Shown here piece by piece: positions 13,708 through 25,226 of a stretch of 64,000 bases of DNA. Below the pieces are notes generated by a model. The model did not search any database and was not told the DNA's origin. It worked only from the letters and a program-made list of their open reading frames with translations. This DNA is from Camelus dromedarius. Its lineage: Eukaryota. A program made the position numbers and the translations under genes. Position 1 is the stretch's first letter. Every line of letters starts with the position of its first letter. The stretch lies in NCBI RefSeq assembly GCF_036321535.1, contig NC_087436.1:110238001-110302000 (forward strand). The letters run 5' to 3'.

Positions 13708-14558
13708 GGTCACCATGGTGAGGGTGGCATGGAAGACGTGGAGCTCAACTGAACCCAAACAGTGACCCCGGCTCCAGTACTCCCACTGCTGGGCGGAGCA
13801 TGCGCCAGGCTTCCCTCCAGCCAGTGGGGCCTTCCCTCACCTCCTGGAGGTCTCATCCTCAGGCTGCCAGCCAAATAGATGTCCTGCCTCTTTCCGTGCT
13901 GCTCAAGGACTACCAGAACATCCCTGAAATTGAGAAGGTTGATGATGTTGTGAACAGACATGCTTATTAGAAGTGCCTTTTCCAGAGTAAAAAGAAATAT
14001 ATCTATTTACCCATAATCTGCTATTTATCTCCTTGTTGTCTTTGGAAATAACAGAAGGAGAACCTAAAAATCAAGAAAACTCTGCTGATGAACAAGGTGG
14101 TGGAAAACTCTGAGAACGCCAGCTCTCTGCATGCTCAAATTGTTACCTTGACGGTCAAGTTCCACAATTAGAAAGAACATATGCAGAGATATCGAAAGAA
14201 CCAAGCCACAAATGCTATTTGCTGATGAGCGGTGAGGAAAAAGATGCTCAAATAACTCAGTAAGACCAACTATGCTGTCTTTGAGCAGACAAGCAGGGAA
14301 CTGAGGACTGAGTACACCTTTCCCGCTCTGTTCTATCAAAAAACCCACCGCTGCTTGGTGACCAAGAATGCTCTGTGCATGTGGCTTTTCCAGAAGGTTC
14401 AAAAGCTAAAGGAGCAAAAAAGAGCCTTAAAAGTTGCAGCTGTAGAAGCCCAGAAACAAAGCCAGAAGAACCCAGACAGCCCTTCCAATGCCGGGCCAGA
14501 AGCAATCAAAGAAAACCAATAAAGGTTGTTAAAGTTAAAATTAAAAAAAAGAGAAAGA
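13708..14558 (+). pseudogene. MRPS15: Processed pseudogene of mitochondrial ribosomal protein S15
   Basis: ATG at 13715 gives MVRVAWKT. Then LLKDYQNIPEIEKVDDVV (from 13899), [36 protein letters not shown] and KENQ* (TAA 14520-14522), collinear with mammalian MRPS15 and without introns. Frameshifts and stops (TAG 14169, TAA 14253). A-rich tail about 14537-14558. Perfect TSD AAGAAACTGAGTCTC at 13693-13707 and 14559-14573, inside a MIR core. Confidence 0.95.
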
Positions 14559-14892
14559 AAGAAACTGAGTCTCAGAGACGTTAGGTAATTTGCCTAAAAC
14601 AATGTGATCAGAATTCACATCTGTCTATTGATTCAGCATGACTGTTCTCATTAGAAAATATAAATTTTTAGCTTTTGGAAGCTCTTCGTTTTGGAAGAGA
14701 CTTTTGAAAGGATTGAGGCTAGACTCCTAAGTTTTTGATAATATAAAACAAGGTGTAAAAGGAATGTTGTTCCTTGGAGGCTGGTGGAAGGGCAGGAATG
14801 CAACAAAACACTTTGGCTTGCTATCCCCTGGGAAAGAACTGTCCAGCTATGTTATTGGAAAGTCACTCAACAACCTTTAAAGGAATTTAATA

Positions 14893-14994
14893 TTTTTTTT
14901 AATTGATGTATAGTTGATTTACAATGTTGTATTCGTTTCAGGAGTACAGCAGTGATTCAGTTACATATATATGTATATACATACCTGTGTATTT
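14893..14994 (-). mobile_element. Very short L1 3' end fragment
   Basis: T-run then AATTGATGTATAGTTGATTTACAATGTTGTATT...GTACAGCAGTGATTCAGTTACATATAT, the antisense of an artiodactyl-type L1 terminus (same type as at 63340). Confidence 0.85.
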
Positions 14995-15224
14995 TTTTAA
15001 TTCAAGGTTAGATACAGTCTTGCTATTTGTAGTGAGCTTGTCAGGACTTGACCATGTGATATGTTAAGGTTTATTTATTCCCTGGGTTGTGATATAGCGA
15101 CAAAGTGCTTACTTAAAGCAAGAACATCAAAATTTGAATCTCAGTTCCACACCTGACCCTCACACACTTAACTCCTCCAGCTACAAGTACCTTCATCAGT
15201 AGCATGCAGAGGATGAGAATACTT
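14995..15224 (+). repeat. Local direct duplicate, copy A (partner at 16751-16979)
   Basis: Manual alignment gives about 31 differences over 230 nt (about 86% identity), including a 44-nt identical block TGACCATGTGATATGTTAAGGTTTATTTATTCCCTGGGTTGTGA. Confidence 0.95.
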
Positions 15225-15399
15225 ATCTGTATATAGAGAGAGTTTTTATCAAGCAATTTAAGGGGATATTGTGATCTTAAACAACGAATTTCCAAATAGT
15301 TATGAAGTAGCAAAGCTTTGTTATGGACTAATACTAATTCCAACTGTCAGGATGGCAGAGTATAGATTCTCTCTGTCTCCCCTGAAAACATGCTAGAAT

Positions 15400-15985
15400 T
15401 GGTGGTTCCTTCCAAAGAATAGCACAGGGAAGGGGAAAATAACAACTGCACAGTGAGGAAAGCTCCCCAAACACTGCATTAACCAACTGGTGAAATTCAA
15501 CATCGTCAGTGATAGCACGTGGACGTCATGTAGCAGACCTGATGAGATGAGAAAGGCACTTCACTTCTGTGGTGTTCTTCCCCAAACCTATATCCCTCAT
15601 CTAATCATGAGGAAACCCTCGGACAAATGCAGATTGAGGGAAATTCTAAGAATGTTAACAATCCTCAAGACTGTCAAAGCCACGAAAACTAAGAGAAGAG
15701 TGTCACAGACTAGAAGCACTGTGGAGATAGGACAGTGCCATGTGGTACAAACTAGATACTGGGAAAGAGGATGTTAATGGAAAAACTGGTGAAATCAAAA
15801 TTAAGACTGGGCTTTAGGTAATAGTAATGTACCAATGTCAATTTCTTAATTTTGTCAAATGAACCATGGAAATATAAGATGTTGACAATGGGGAAAGTGG
15901 GGCAAAATAAATATGGGAACTCTATATTTATAATCTTTGCAAATGTTTTTTTTTTAATCTAAAAGCATTATAAAATTATTTTTAA
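15400..15985 (+). mobile_element. L1MC4/5-like 3' UTR fragment
   Basis: CACTTCTGTGGTGTTCTTCCCCAAA...CTAATCATGAGGAAAC...AGATTGAGGGAAATTCTA...GTAATGTACCAATGTCAATTTCTTAATTTTG...ATGGGAACTCT. Confidence 0.8.
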
Positions 15986-16750
15986 ATGAAAAATGCCAGG
16001 AAATATTTAAAAAAAAAAAAAAAACAAATGCAGGTGTGGAGGTACTATTCACAAGAGTGGATACATTAGAAAGTAAAAACCTGAAAATGTATTCCATGCA
16101 AGCACAAAAATTTAATGTGGACCTGGTTAAATTTCACCCAAGGAACCCTTCTCCAGCCTTGTGAAAATTCTGAAAATCCCCTCCACATACTGGGCTGATT
16201 ATCTGTGTCAGTGACTATGATTATAATGAATACAGACAAGTTTATGGCTGTAAAAGCAAAAGTAAGATGAAGGAGAAATGTGGACTTTGTTTTTGAAATA
16301 GGTGACAAAAGGTCTACCACGTGAGAACTTATTTTCCAGACCTTAAGTATCACTTGCTAGATATACATACTTGGTGGGGGGAAAAAATCCTAAAATAAAA
16401 AACATGTGTGAGTGAAGAGCTATGAAAGGATAATTTATATCTCCAGGGATTTAGGGGAGTAACTAAAATAGTCAAGAGAGGCTGTATTTCATTCATTCAA
16501 CAAAAGTTGGAATGAGAACCTCTGGATTTTGCTTGTTATATGTATTTCTGTGTTCCTGGGGCCCCAAACATGGGAGGTATGAATGAATGGATGAATGAAT
16601 GAATGAATGAATGTGTTGGAAAGATTGGAATTGTAGGAAATACTTCAATGTTAATTCTAGTATGGGAGAGTCTCATGATTTTTGATATAAAAAATGTAAT
16701 ACAAGCACTAACAGGTATAATAAAGAAGCATAGGATTCAGAGGATTGAGG

Positions 16751-16979
16751 TTTTAATTCAGGATTAGGTACAGTCCTGCTATTTGTGCTGGGCTTGTCAG
16801 GAACTGACCATGTGATATGTTAAGGTTTATTTATTCCCTGGGTTGTGAGGTAGAGAAAAAGTGCTCACTTAAAACAAGAACATCAAAGTTTGAATCTCCG
16901 TTCCACACCTGACCCTCACGCACTTAACTCCTCCGGCTGCAGGAACTACAACGGCAGCATGCAGAGGGCAAGAACACTT
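16751..16979 (+). repeat. Local direct duplicate, copy B (probable donor; its right half is a MIR that continues to about 17045)
   Basis: Aligns to 14995-15224 at an offset of 1755-1756. Confidence 0.95.
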
Positions 16980-17869
16980 CTCCCTCCCCCTGCTTTGCTG
17001 GGAAAATTAAATTAGACAAAGTTTGTAAAAATATGTGGCAGAGCAGAGCGGCTAGGAATAGCCAGTGACTATGAATCTGGAGAGAGGAGAGAAACTAGCA
17101 GCTCGCGTCCCTAGTCTAGGTGGGCAATCATTTGTTTGCTGTAACCTCCCCACAAGGTAGCAATGGCATTTTGATGATGCCTGCTGGGACTACACCATCT
17201 CTAACAGTGTGACTTCAGAGACAGAGCAGGTAGGACTGTCTCAGACTCTTGATAAGCATAGAGTTCAGGTGACCAGCCCCAAATGCAACAAGATATTTTT
17301 CTCTATTGTTAAGATTGAAATTGGTGGCTACCAAGACCCTCATATATTGGTTTCCAAAAGCATAGATTAGTCTCCCCCCTTAGGCTGGTTGATATTAAAC
17401 CTTGGTTTTATACATGTATCAGATGGTTTTCAATAGCACTTCCCTGACTTAATATAGGAATATAACTTCCACTTTGGATTTTAAAAGTCCAGTCAGAAGC
17501 TGAATAATGACTTTTATTTTTTCAAATGCAAAGGGGACAGCCAGAAGTCTGGAAGGGCCAGGGGTGATGAGTAGGGAGTGTAATATCTAGAAAGCAGATG
17601 GTCATTTGAGAAATCTTTTTGCTGTTCCCTTTTTAGTCAGTTGGCCTTCAATTTTCTCTGATACTCCAGAAATCCTGTAAGCTCATTATTAATTTTTTTT
17701 TCAATATGCAAAGATTACTGTGACTAAAACTTTGAAGTCCAGGGAATTTATTTTAAATGTCTCCGTCTTAGCCATTCAATGGTCTTATATCCTGGGCTTT
17801 TAGTTAGAAGAATGTCACAAAAAGCTGGAAAAAAAACAGCAATATTAGCCTTTAAAAAGTGTTTTTACT

Positions 17870-18040
17870 TGCATTACATTATTTAATGCTCACAATAGAA
17901 TTCTGTGGGTCAATTTTATCATTTCCATTTTCCAGATGAAGAAACTCAAACTGAGAGAGGTTAAGTGACTTGTTCAAAGTAGCAAGGTAAGTCAGTAAGT
18001 CTTTTAACTCTGTGTCTACAAATTTTCTTCACTCTACCTT
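17870..18040 (-). mobile_element. MIR SINE
   Basis: CCATTTTCCAGATGAAGAAACTCAAACTGAGAGAGGTTAAGTGACTTGTTCAAAGT is the MIR core. Confidence 0.8.
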
Positions 18041-19542
18041 GCTATTAATACCTCAGTGTGAATTAATTTTAATTAGCACTTCCTTCTGAGGGCTTTTGAC
18101 TTTTAAAAGAACATAGCATGCAAAAGGATTCATTTATTAATGCTAATATTTAAGACCTTATAGCCTTTGAGTAAGTAGGTATTTAGAGGAAGCCAAAGGA
18201 CCTTCTGGGTGTTTCACAAATCACATAAAATAAAGGTGAAAAATACCTTCTTGCGTGTAAGATTTATTTTGATGATATCATTCAACTATGACCCTGCCTT
18301 GTTAATAATATTGTACATATTTAAATTCTTAAATAATTGAAGATTCTTTTCTGGCTCCAGTAATCAGAAGTCAGAACAGGGGCTGTACCATTACCTTCTG
18401 CCTAGAGATCACTGGCGGACCAGAGAACAGTGATATTAAGGACCAAGGAGGGGAGTGGGGAGTAATTTGAACGCTTGGAAAGCTCTGATAATTCTATAAT
18501 AATCCTACCACTATATCCCAAACCTTAAAAGTCAACAATTAATAATTCCTATACATAAAAACAACATCATTTATGCAGAACTTCAAGAATCTTGACTGTG
18601 AAAGGAATAAAACCTAGTGATGAGAATTAAAGAGCTTAGAATCCCCCCCCCACCCCCAGCTCTACTGAGATATAATTGACTAGGATGATTTGAAGACTAG
18701 TGTTACTGAGCAGGGAGTTATTCGTGGAGGTATTAAATATTTTGAGCTTTGAATTTCTCTGTCATGGATGGGAAAAGAAGTGCAGTGAAGTCATAACCTG
18801 GGGGGTTTTAATGAACATACAAAATAGTCACAGGAAAGAGAAACAGGCACCGGAACGTGGGTGGTGATGGTGATGATCATGGTGATGGTGACGATGTTAA
18901 TTTTGATAAAGTAAACAAAGAAAGGAGAGTGATGTGGAAAAATAAAGGGCATTGAACTGCATGTCAGAAGACCCTGAATCATGGCCTCTCTCTGCCATTC
19001 ACCAGCCTTGTGACCTTGGGGGATCTTTTACTCCCCCTAAGTCTCAGTCTCCTCATCTAGAAGTTATTTAATACACTAGAGTAGAAATTGTTTACTTCCC
19101 TTTTGATGTAAAGCATTTCTTGGTAAAGAGGTAGAATTACTGACAGGCACTGGTTCACCTAGCTTAACATTTATACCAGGCTTGCTGTTCTGGAACCAAA
19201 GATAATTCCAGCCTCTGACCACCACCCCCCCAGACTCCAGGGCTTGCACAGCCCCGGGGGGGCAGAGCACAGCATGGCGGATAGAGCATGTGAATGGAGT
19301 GTGAAGCCCCACTCTCCACTTACGAGCTGGGACAAGTCACGTAGCTTCTCTGTGCTTCAGATTCCTCAGCTCTAACCTCCCCCTATCTAGATCTCCCAGC
19401 TGTGAACCAGATATGATACTAGCACCTAATTTACAAGTACTAATATTGACATATGCATTGCTTTTAGAAAAATCTCTGACATATTATAGGTACTATAATA
19501 AACGTTCATTAAATAAAATAAGTACCATAAAATGTTGTAAAT

Positions 19543-19754
19543 CAGTATTTCTCAACTAGGACTGTTTGGCCAACCAGGGGATACTTAGCAATACCTGGAG
19601 ACTTTTCTGGTTGCCACACTAGGAGGATGTTACTGGCATCTAATGGGTAGAGGTTAGGGATTCTGATAAATGCCCTACAATGAACAGGACAGACACCCGC
19701 AACAAAGAATTATCCAGCCCCAGATGTCAATGACAGCAAGGCTGAGAAATGCTA
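19543..19754. mobile_element. MER20 hAT-Charlie MITE, near full length
   Basis: CAGTATTTCTCAAC...TACTGGCATCTAATGGGTAGAGGTTAGGGAT...CAACAAAGAATTATCCAGCCCCAGATGTCAAT...GGCTGAGAAATGCT. Confidence 0.88.
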
Positions 19755-21736
19755 ATATATCCAAAATAGCAGAGTAGCATCAAGGACCAGGGAATCAGTT
19801 CTATCTGGGTTGGCAGGAAGCAGGAAGACATTATAAAGGTGAAGATATCCCAGGCCTGTGAGATCCCATGTCCAAAAGCCTTGACAATGAATGCTAGGTG
19901 TGGTCTGAAGCCTTGGGAATCTACAACTGGTTAAATTACTTCCTATGGTATCATGGAGCTTAGAGCCAATGGTAAAGTTTGTACTTTACAATTCATACTT
20001 TGCATTATTAATTCATTTGGTCCTCATCACAACACTATAAGATAAACATTGTAATCCCCATTTTACAGATAAGAAAACTTGCCAAAGATGGCACAGCTAG
20101 CATTGATTTTAGGATAGCTTGTGGTTACATTTATAATTCAAAATGTATTATTTATAGGTCGCACAATACAAAAATAAGTGTCCTATGGTTTACAATACAC
20201 ATACACACACAAATAAGACTGTTAAAATAGAAAGGGGAACACGGTGTTTAAGTGTTATACACACCAAGCTTTCAACAAGCAGACGGACACAAATAGTATG
20301 AAAAATCCTTTGTCTTTATGAAGTCTGTAGCAGAGCGAGAGGTTTGACCCTGTGCTCCTTCCAAGCTCAAGTAAGGGGGCAACATCATTAAGTACACAGG
20401 TATTATGGTCTGATAAAAGGAAGTCAACTGATGTTGTTCAAGAGGTGGCAAATATCCCAAAGAACCGTTTTCTGAAAGGAGTGCATCTTAAGGGAGGCAG
20501 TCGTTCAAGGTAAGGTGAAGGCCAGTTAAACAGACACATCAGGCTGCAGGTTTTGCAGCAGAGTTAGGCTACTCCTTCTCTCAATAATTAAACATTTAGT
20601 CATCTGAGGATGCTGGGAGAGTTTCCTAACTTCTATTCATTTCGACCTTAAAAATGAGGTGATGATGTATAGGATTTAATCAATATATGAACAAGCAAGC
20701 CTTTCCTTAGTGGTCTTTGTAGCACGATGTTGGTTTAACTCAGCTGGAAAGCCTGAAGCAATGATTAGGTCTGTTGCTAAGGATTAAGCCACTGAATTAT
20801 GGACAGAAAGAATGTTACCTCCTCCTCCATAAAGGGCTGTTTCTCTCAGCTGGACAACCAAGGGCCCAATCCCTCCCCCTTTCCAAGCCAAAGAAAACAT
20901 TTTAATTGTGATTTCAACAACTGTTCTGGGCAAATCTAGAAATGGATTGCCATGGGAATTACTTTCTCTAAAAGAAATTATAGAGTCTGCCATAAATACA
21001 TGTTTAATATATGTTCTGCTTATGCCTGGGGTCAGGTAGCATAAAATTATTTTACTGGCAATAGTTTTCAGTAGTGAATTTAAAATTTATCCAACCAACA
21101 TGTATTAAACACCCCAGTTGAGTTGGTATCCTTTCTAAGTAGCATTGTGTGTTAAAAATCACATAAACCCATTACTAGCCTATTACTTAGATCAGGGGTA
21201 GAATATTAAAGAATTATGTAATATGTATTCTGTAAACGTAGCATCCTACCTGGTTTCATTCAAATCACTTATCAAGCACTTACCATGTCCTAAAGTCTGT
21301 GCTGAAATCACACAGGAGGCAGAAATGCAGAATTTCTCCAAAACACATTTATTGACATTGACTAAGTTTTGCTCCTCATACCTGTGAGCTTACTTTTCAG
21401 TAGGCAAATTAATTTTTCACCTGCATTTCTATAGGGTGATGGGTATCAAATATCTTCACTCAATACGAAACTGTTATAAGCCAGAGGGAGGACTTGCAAA
21501 ACCATAAGGTAAACCTTAGCCACTGGACAGCAGAGCAATTCATATCCTCTCAGATATTTTATTTACTAACTGCCCAAGCATGCACCGAAGCGAAAGTCTG
21601 ACAAATGTGCCCTCTTTTCTCCCAGCAGTCAAATCCCTCAGCACTGTGGTTTGGTTGAAAAATAAAAACATAATGTGCTTCCAAATATCTGCAGTTTTTT
21701 TATCAGCAGGGCTGTAAGCATACCCTCACCTCCCAC

Positions 21737-21762
<26 letters not shown>
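21737..21762. repeat. (CA)n microsatellite
   Basis: Read directly. Other dinucleotide runs at about 2199-2219, 5093-5125 and 60653-60696. Confidence 0.95.
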
Positions 21763-21767
<5 letters not shown>

Positions 21768-23819
21768 TTTTTTTCTCCTCCTTCCCCCAGACAAACTTAT
21801 TCTCAAAGAAAATTTTAACAGAACTGAATCCAAGACAAGCGATCTGCTGCCATCTTCTGCAAACCCAACGTGCCATTTTAACTGAGGGGTTGAGAGAGAG
21901 CAACAACTGGTCCAGTCTGGGCTGCAACTCAGGGGATCCAAGCCTGAAAAAGAAACTTGGAAGGTGGCCTGGACGAGGTCATTGTTCCTACACTTGAAAG
22001 GAGTGTGCAGGCAAGTTTGAGTTAAGTCAATCTGACACATTTCGAACTCCTGGAAAACCAGGTGCTTCAAAGCTGACTTTTGAAATCTGAAGGTCCTGTG
22101 GGGGGAGCCAGGGAATGGAAAGCGTTGCTTTTCCTGACTCAAAATTCAGGGCTGCTGCTTGTGGAGACAATGCATTCAAAATCAAGGGACGCTCGTTTGT
22201 TTTTCATGGAAGAGAAGAAAGAGACAAAATAGAGTCTTATGTCTCTTTCCTTTTGCCTTTTGGCAATGAGGCTGCTCTTTCCAGCCTTTACCAAAATTAT
22301 CTGAAGATCTTCCTCATGGAAATCAGACAGTAAGACAGTCTAGGGCCCACAGGCTCAGTACCGCTGGCTTATATTTGAAAAGTTTTGACGGATAAATAAT
22401 CCTTGGCTGGTGTCCTAGGTTAAAGATCACCAGCTCCTCCCTATGACTGCCAGGACAGCTGTGATAGATCTGACCTGTAATATATCTCGTCCAGATCACA
22501 AGGAGGTAGCAGTGTGACCACCACCTGATCGCTGGGGTGATCTGTTCCCAGGGGTACTCCTCAGGACAACTTTACCACTCAGAGAATGTAGCTGGAATTT
22601 GCAACTCAGTCTATCTCTAGGAGACAGGCTGGTCTTCACGTTATTTCTAAATATGTTTTCATTAACATGGAACCAAGCCTTTGTGCATTTTCCAATTCCT
22701 TATGAGGAATTTCACCAAGAAGTGACTACAATACCAGCTTTCCCTCAGTGAGCATGGTCAAGAGTTAAAATTGTTCTTTGTTTTTTGTTTTAATGCAGAA
22801 TGCATTATGTATGCTATGAAACTGGAATCTGTTGTTCTGAGTTCCCCTTAGAGAGAGAAGTCACAAAGCATAAACTGAAGAGATACACTGTTTTGGAAGG
22901 GGGTTCAGAGAGAGCATGGAAAAAAGAAAGAGAAAGAGATGGAGAGAAATAGAGCATAAAGTGGAGTATATTTACCTTTGTCAGTGCTTATAGAAAGATA
23001 TTAAGTCAACTATAGGGCATCAAGAATAAATTAATGTGGACATGAATTTTCAGAACTACTGATCATTTTGCCATTGAACGAATCTTACTTTAACCTTCTT
23101 ATTAAGATGGATGATCAAGATGAAAATAATCATAGGTCCCAGTTACAGAGTCCCTACCATGTGCTAGGAACTGTGCCTGCAAGAAGAGTATCAGAATCCC
23201 TTTTTTAAATGTGATTAAATTGAGGCTCAGTTGAAATAACCTATTCAAATACGTGTGCAGTCTTTAAGCATAGGTCTGTCTCAGCCTAAGGTACGCATTA
23301 GTGAAAACTAGACACACTGTCAGGTAGGTCAGTGTTGTTCAGCCTCTCTTTGTAACCCATGCCCTATACCTGCCAGCAAAGATTTTGCTGAACTTTGCTT
23401 TCTATAGTTTGTACATAATGAAAACCATACTCATATGAATGTGCTTTTTGATGGATCCCTTTTCTAGAAATGCTACCATGGCTCCAAAGAGACTTCATTC
23501 ACTCCCCAGGCTCCAATCCCCATCTCTATCCATATCCCCTGCATTGCTTCCCCTGCCCTCCCAGACCCAGCTGAGAGTCACCTGTATAGTCAGTGAAATC
23601 AGTCCTTGTGTTGCAATTACTCTGGTTTATTCATTTTAGCACTACTAATACGTAATATACCCAAGTCTAAGAAAATTTTGCCTCCTAAAATCAAACGGCT
23701 GTGAGTACAGTAGACAGTGGATTCAACAGGCACCCGTACTATCATGGATTTGAATGAGAAGGAAAGGATGGGGACATGTGGGGTTTGCATCTCAGTTTAT
23801 CATTTCCTATGTGGGTGAA

Positions 23820-24050
23820 ACAGCACAACTCAGAAGTCTGACGGCGTGGGTTCAAATCCTGTCTCATCCATTTAATAACTGTGACTTTCAGTGTGTTCCT
23901 TTACCTCTCTGAATCTCAGTCTTATAGCATATAAATCAGGGATAATAACAGTACCTGCCTGATGAGGATTAAATGAGATAATTGATGGTAAATTCTTAGA
24001 ACCACACTTGCCACACAGTAAGTAAACCATAAATGGTCGCCATTGCTATT
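23820..24050 (+). mobile_element. MIR SINE, near full length
   Basis: GGGTTCAAATCCTGTCTC...CTGTGACTT...CCTCTCTGAATCTCAGT...GGGATAATAACAGTACCTGCC...GAGGATTAAATGAGATAAT...CACAGTAAGT. Confidence 0.88.
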
Positions 24051-24399
24051 CATATTATCATTGTTATCATTGCTGATACTACTGTGATTACTATTACTAT
24101 TGTGGTAAATACTATCATCAACAGCTATGATCAGTCTCAAGGTTTTCATGAAAACAAAAAAATGGTACCAAAGCAGTCACTATTTCAAAATAGATGATTA
24201 TATTTAGCCTACTATATGAGTTTAATGAAAATATAGATTTATGAAAAAATGAAATAATTCATTCAAATAATGAGACTAACTGGTAAACCTTATAGCCTGT
24301 GATCAGCCCCCGAGATTATTCATTTTCGTTGGATGACCGATTGTCTCAGCCTCTCACTTGACACAAGTCACTGGGTGAATCAAAGAGCGTTTTGGAAGT

Positions 24400-24690
24400 G
24401 GAGCACATTTCAGCTTTAGAGCTTAGCCTACTTACTTCTAAGTTCCAGCCCCAATAATAATAATTCAGTTTTCTCATCTGGAAAATGGGGCTAATAATAA
24501 ATACATTGAAAGATGGTTGTGATGATTAAACACACAATGTCACAAAGCAGTACAAGCTAACACTGACTGAGCTCTTATTTTATGCCACACACTGGGCTGA
24601 ACGCTTTTAATGTATTAACAGTTTAATCGTCACAACTGCTCGATGGGGCACATGCTACTCTAATACCTATTTTTGTAATTGCTAAATAAA
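24400..24690. mobile_element. Two adjacent, oppositely oriented MIR fragments
   Basis: Plus-strand MIR core TCAGTTTTCTCATCTGGAAAATGGGG at about 24465, followed by a minus-strand MIR tail CTGAGCTCTT...ATGCCACACACTGGGCTGAACGCTTT...TTTAATCGTCACAAC. Confidence 0.6.
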
Positions 24691-25161
24691 TGGCAACTTT
24701 AGTTATTTAAGCCAGTGTCTTCACTGTGCTTGACATTTGTTTTCAGAGACAAAGCCTTTCCAAGACTCTCCTTTTCTAGGACTCATTTTAGATCAGTACA
24801 TTATCTGCCCAGGTTCCCCACTGCCTGTCTTGCCTGAAGGGCTCCAAGCTGAGTGTGGGAGAATTTACCAGGGAGAAAAACCATTTAGTTTTACCTGGGT
24901 GACAGCAATTATGCAGAATGACAAAAGGAGCAGTTAAGTTACAAGTTAAGGATGATAATTCACCCTCCCCAGGGACTGTCACTCAGAAAGCCTTGAGAAA
25001 AAAATAACAGCAAAACAATGGCAGGCTCTATTGTTAACAGTCATGTCCCCATAACGCCCTGGCATTCTGAAACAATAAGACCAAAAATGCAGTCTGCTGT
25101 CCCTCGAAAGCTCTCCAAGCACATATGCTATAGCTCAAGCTGTCGCTCCTTGGAGACTCAC

Positions 25162-25226
25162 CATGAAATGGTTGTCAGGTCGTCCCTGTTAGCCATGGTG
25201 GCTCCATTTGTAATGAATGGCTCCAT
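25162..25226 (-). other. Candidate translation-start exon segment of an unidentified minus-strand gene: (MEPFITNGAT)MANRDDLTTIS plus a split codon
   Basis: Perfect Kozak GCCACCATGG (25202-25193) and consensus donor ATG|GTGAGT 35 nt after the start of that ATG (intron starts at 25161). In-frame upstream ATG at 25226, with an in-frame TGA 30 nt before it. Non-repetitive context. Peptide not recognised and no partner exon found. Confidence 0.3.

Noticed and set aside
14064..14584. ORFs of 112, 82 and 69 aa over the MRPS15 copy
   Set aside because: Antisense or off-frame readings of the disabled pseudogene.
16486..16612. (TTCA)n facing (TGAA)n as a hairpin
   Set aside because: Ordinary L2-type tails. 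The stem is short and low-complexity, with a loop of about 80 nt.
21764..21976. Strong plus-strand acceptor (TTTTTTTTTCTCCTCCTTCCCCCAG) after (CA)n
   Set aside because: Downstream frames give no recognisable protein and no convincing donor. The pyrimidine tract may simply be microsatellite flank.
25014..25076. Three SOX-like AACAAT words, two inverted
   Set aside because: The hexamer is common in AT-rich DNA, and the 10-bp spacer is longer than typical SoxE dimer sites.
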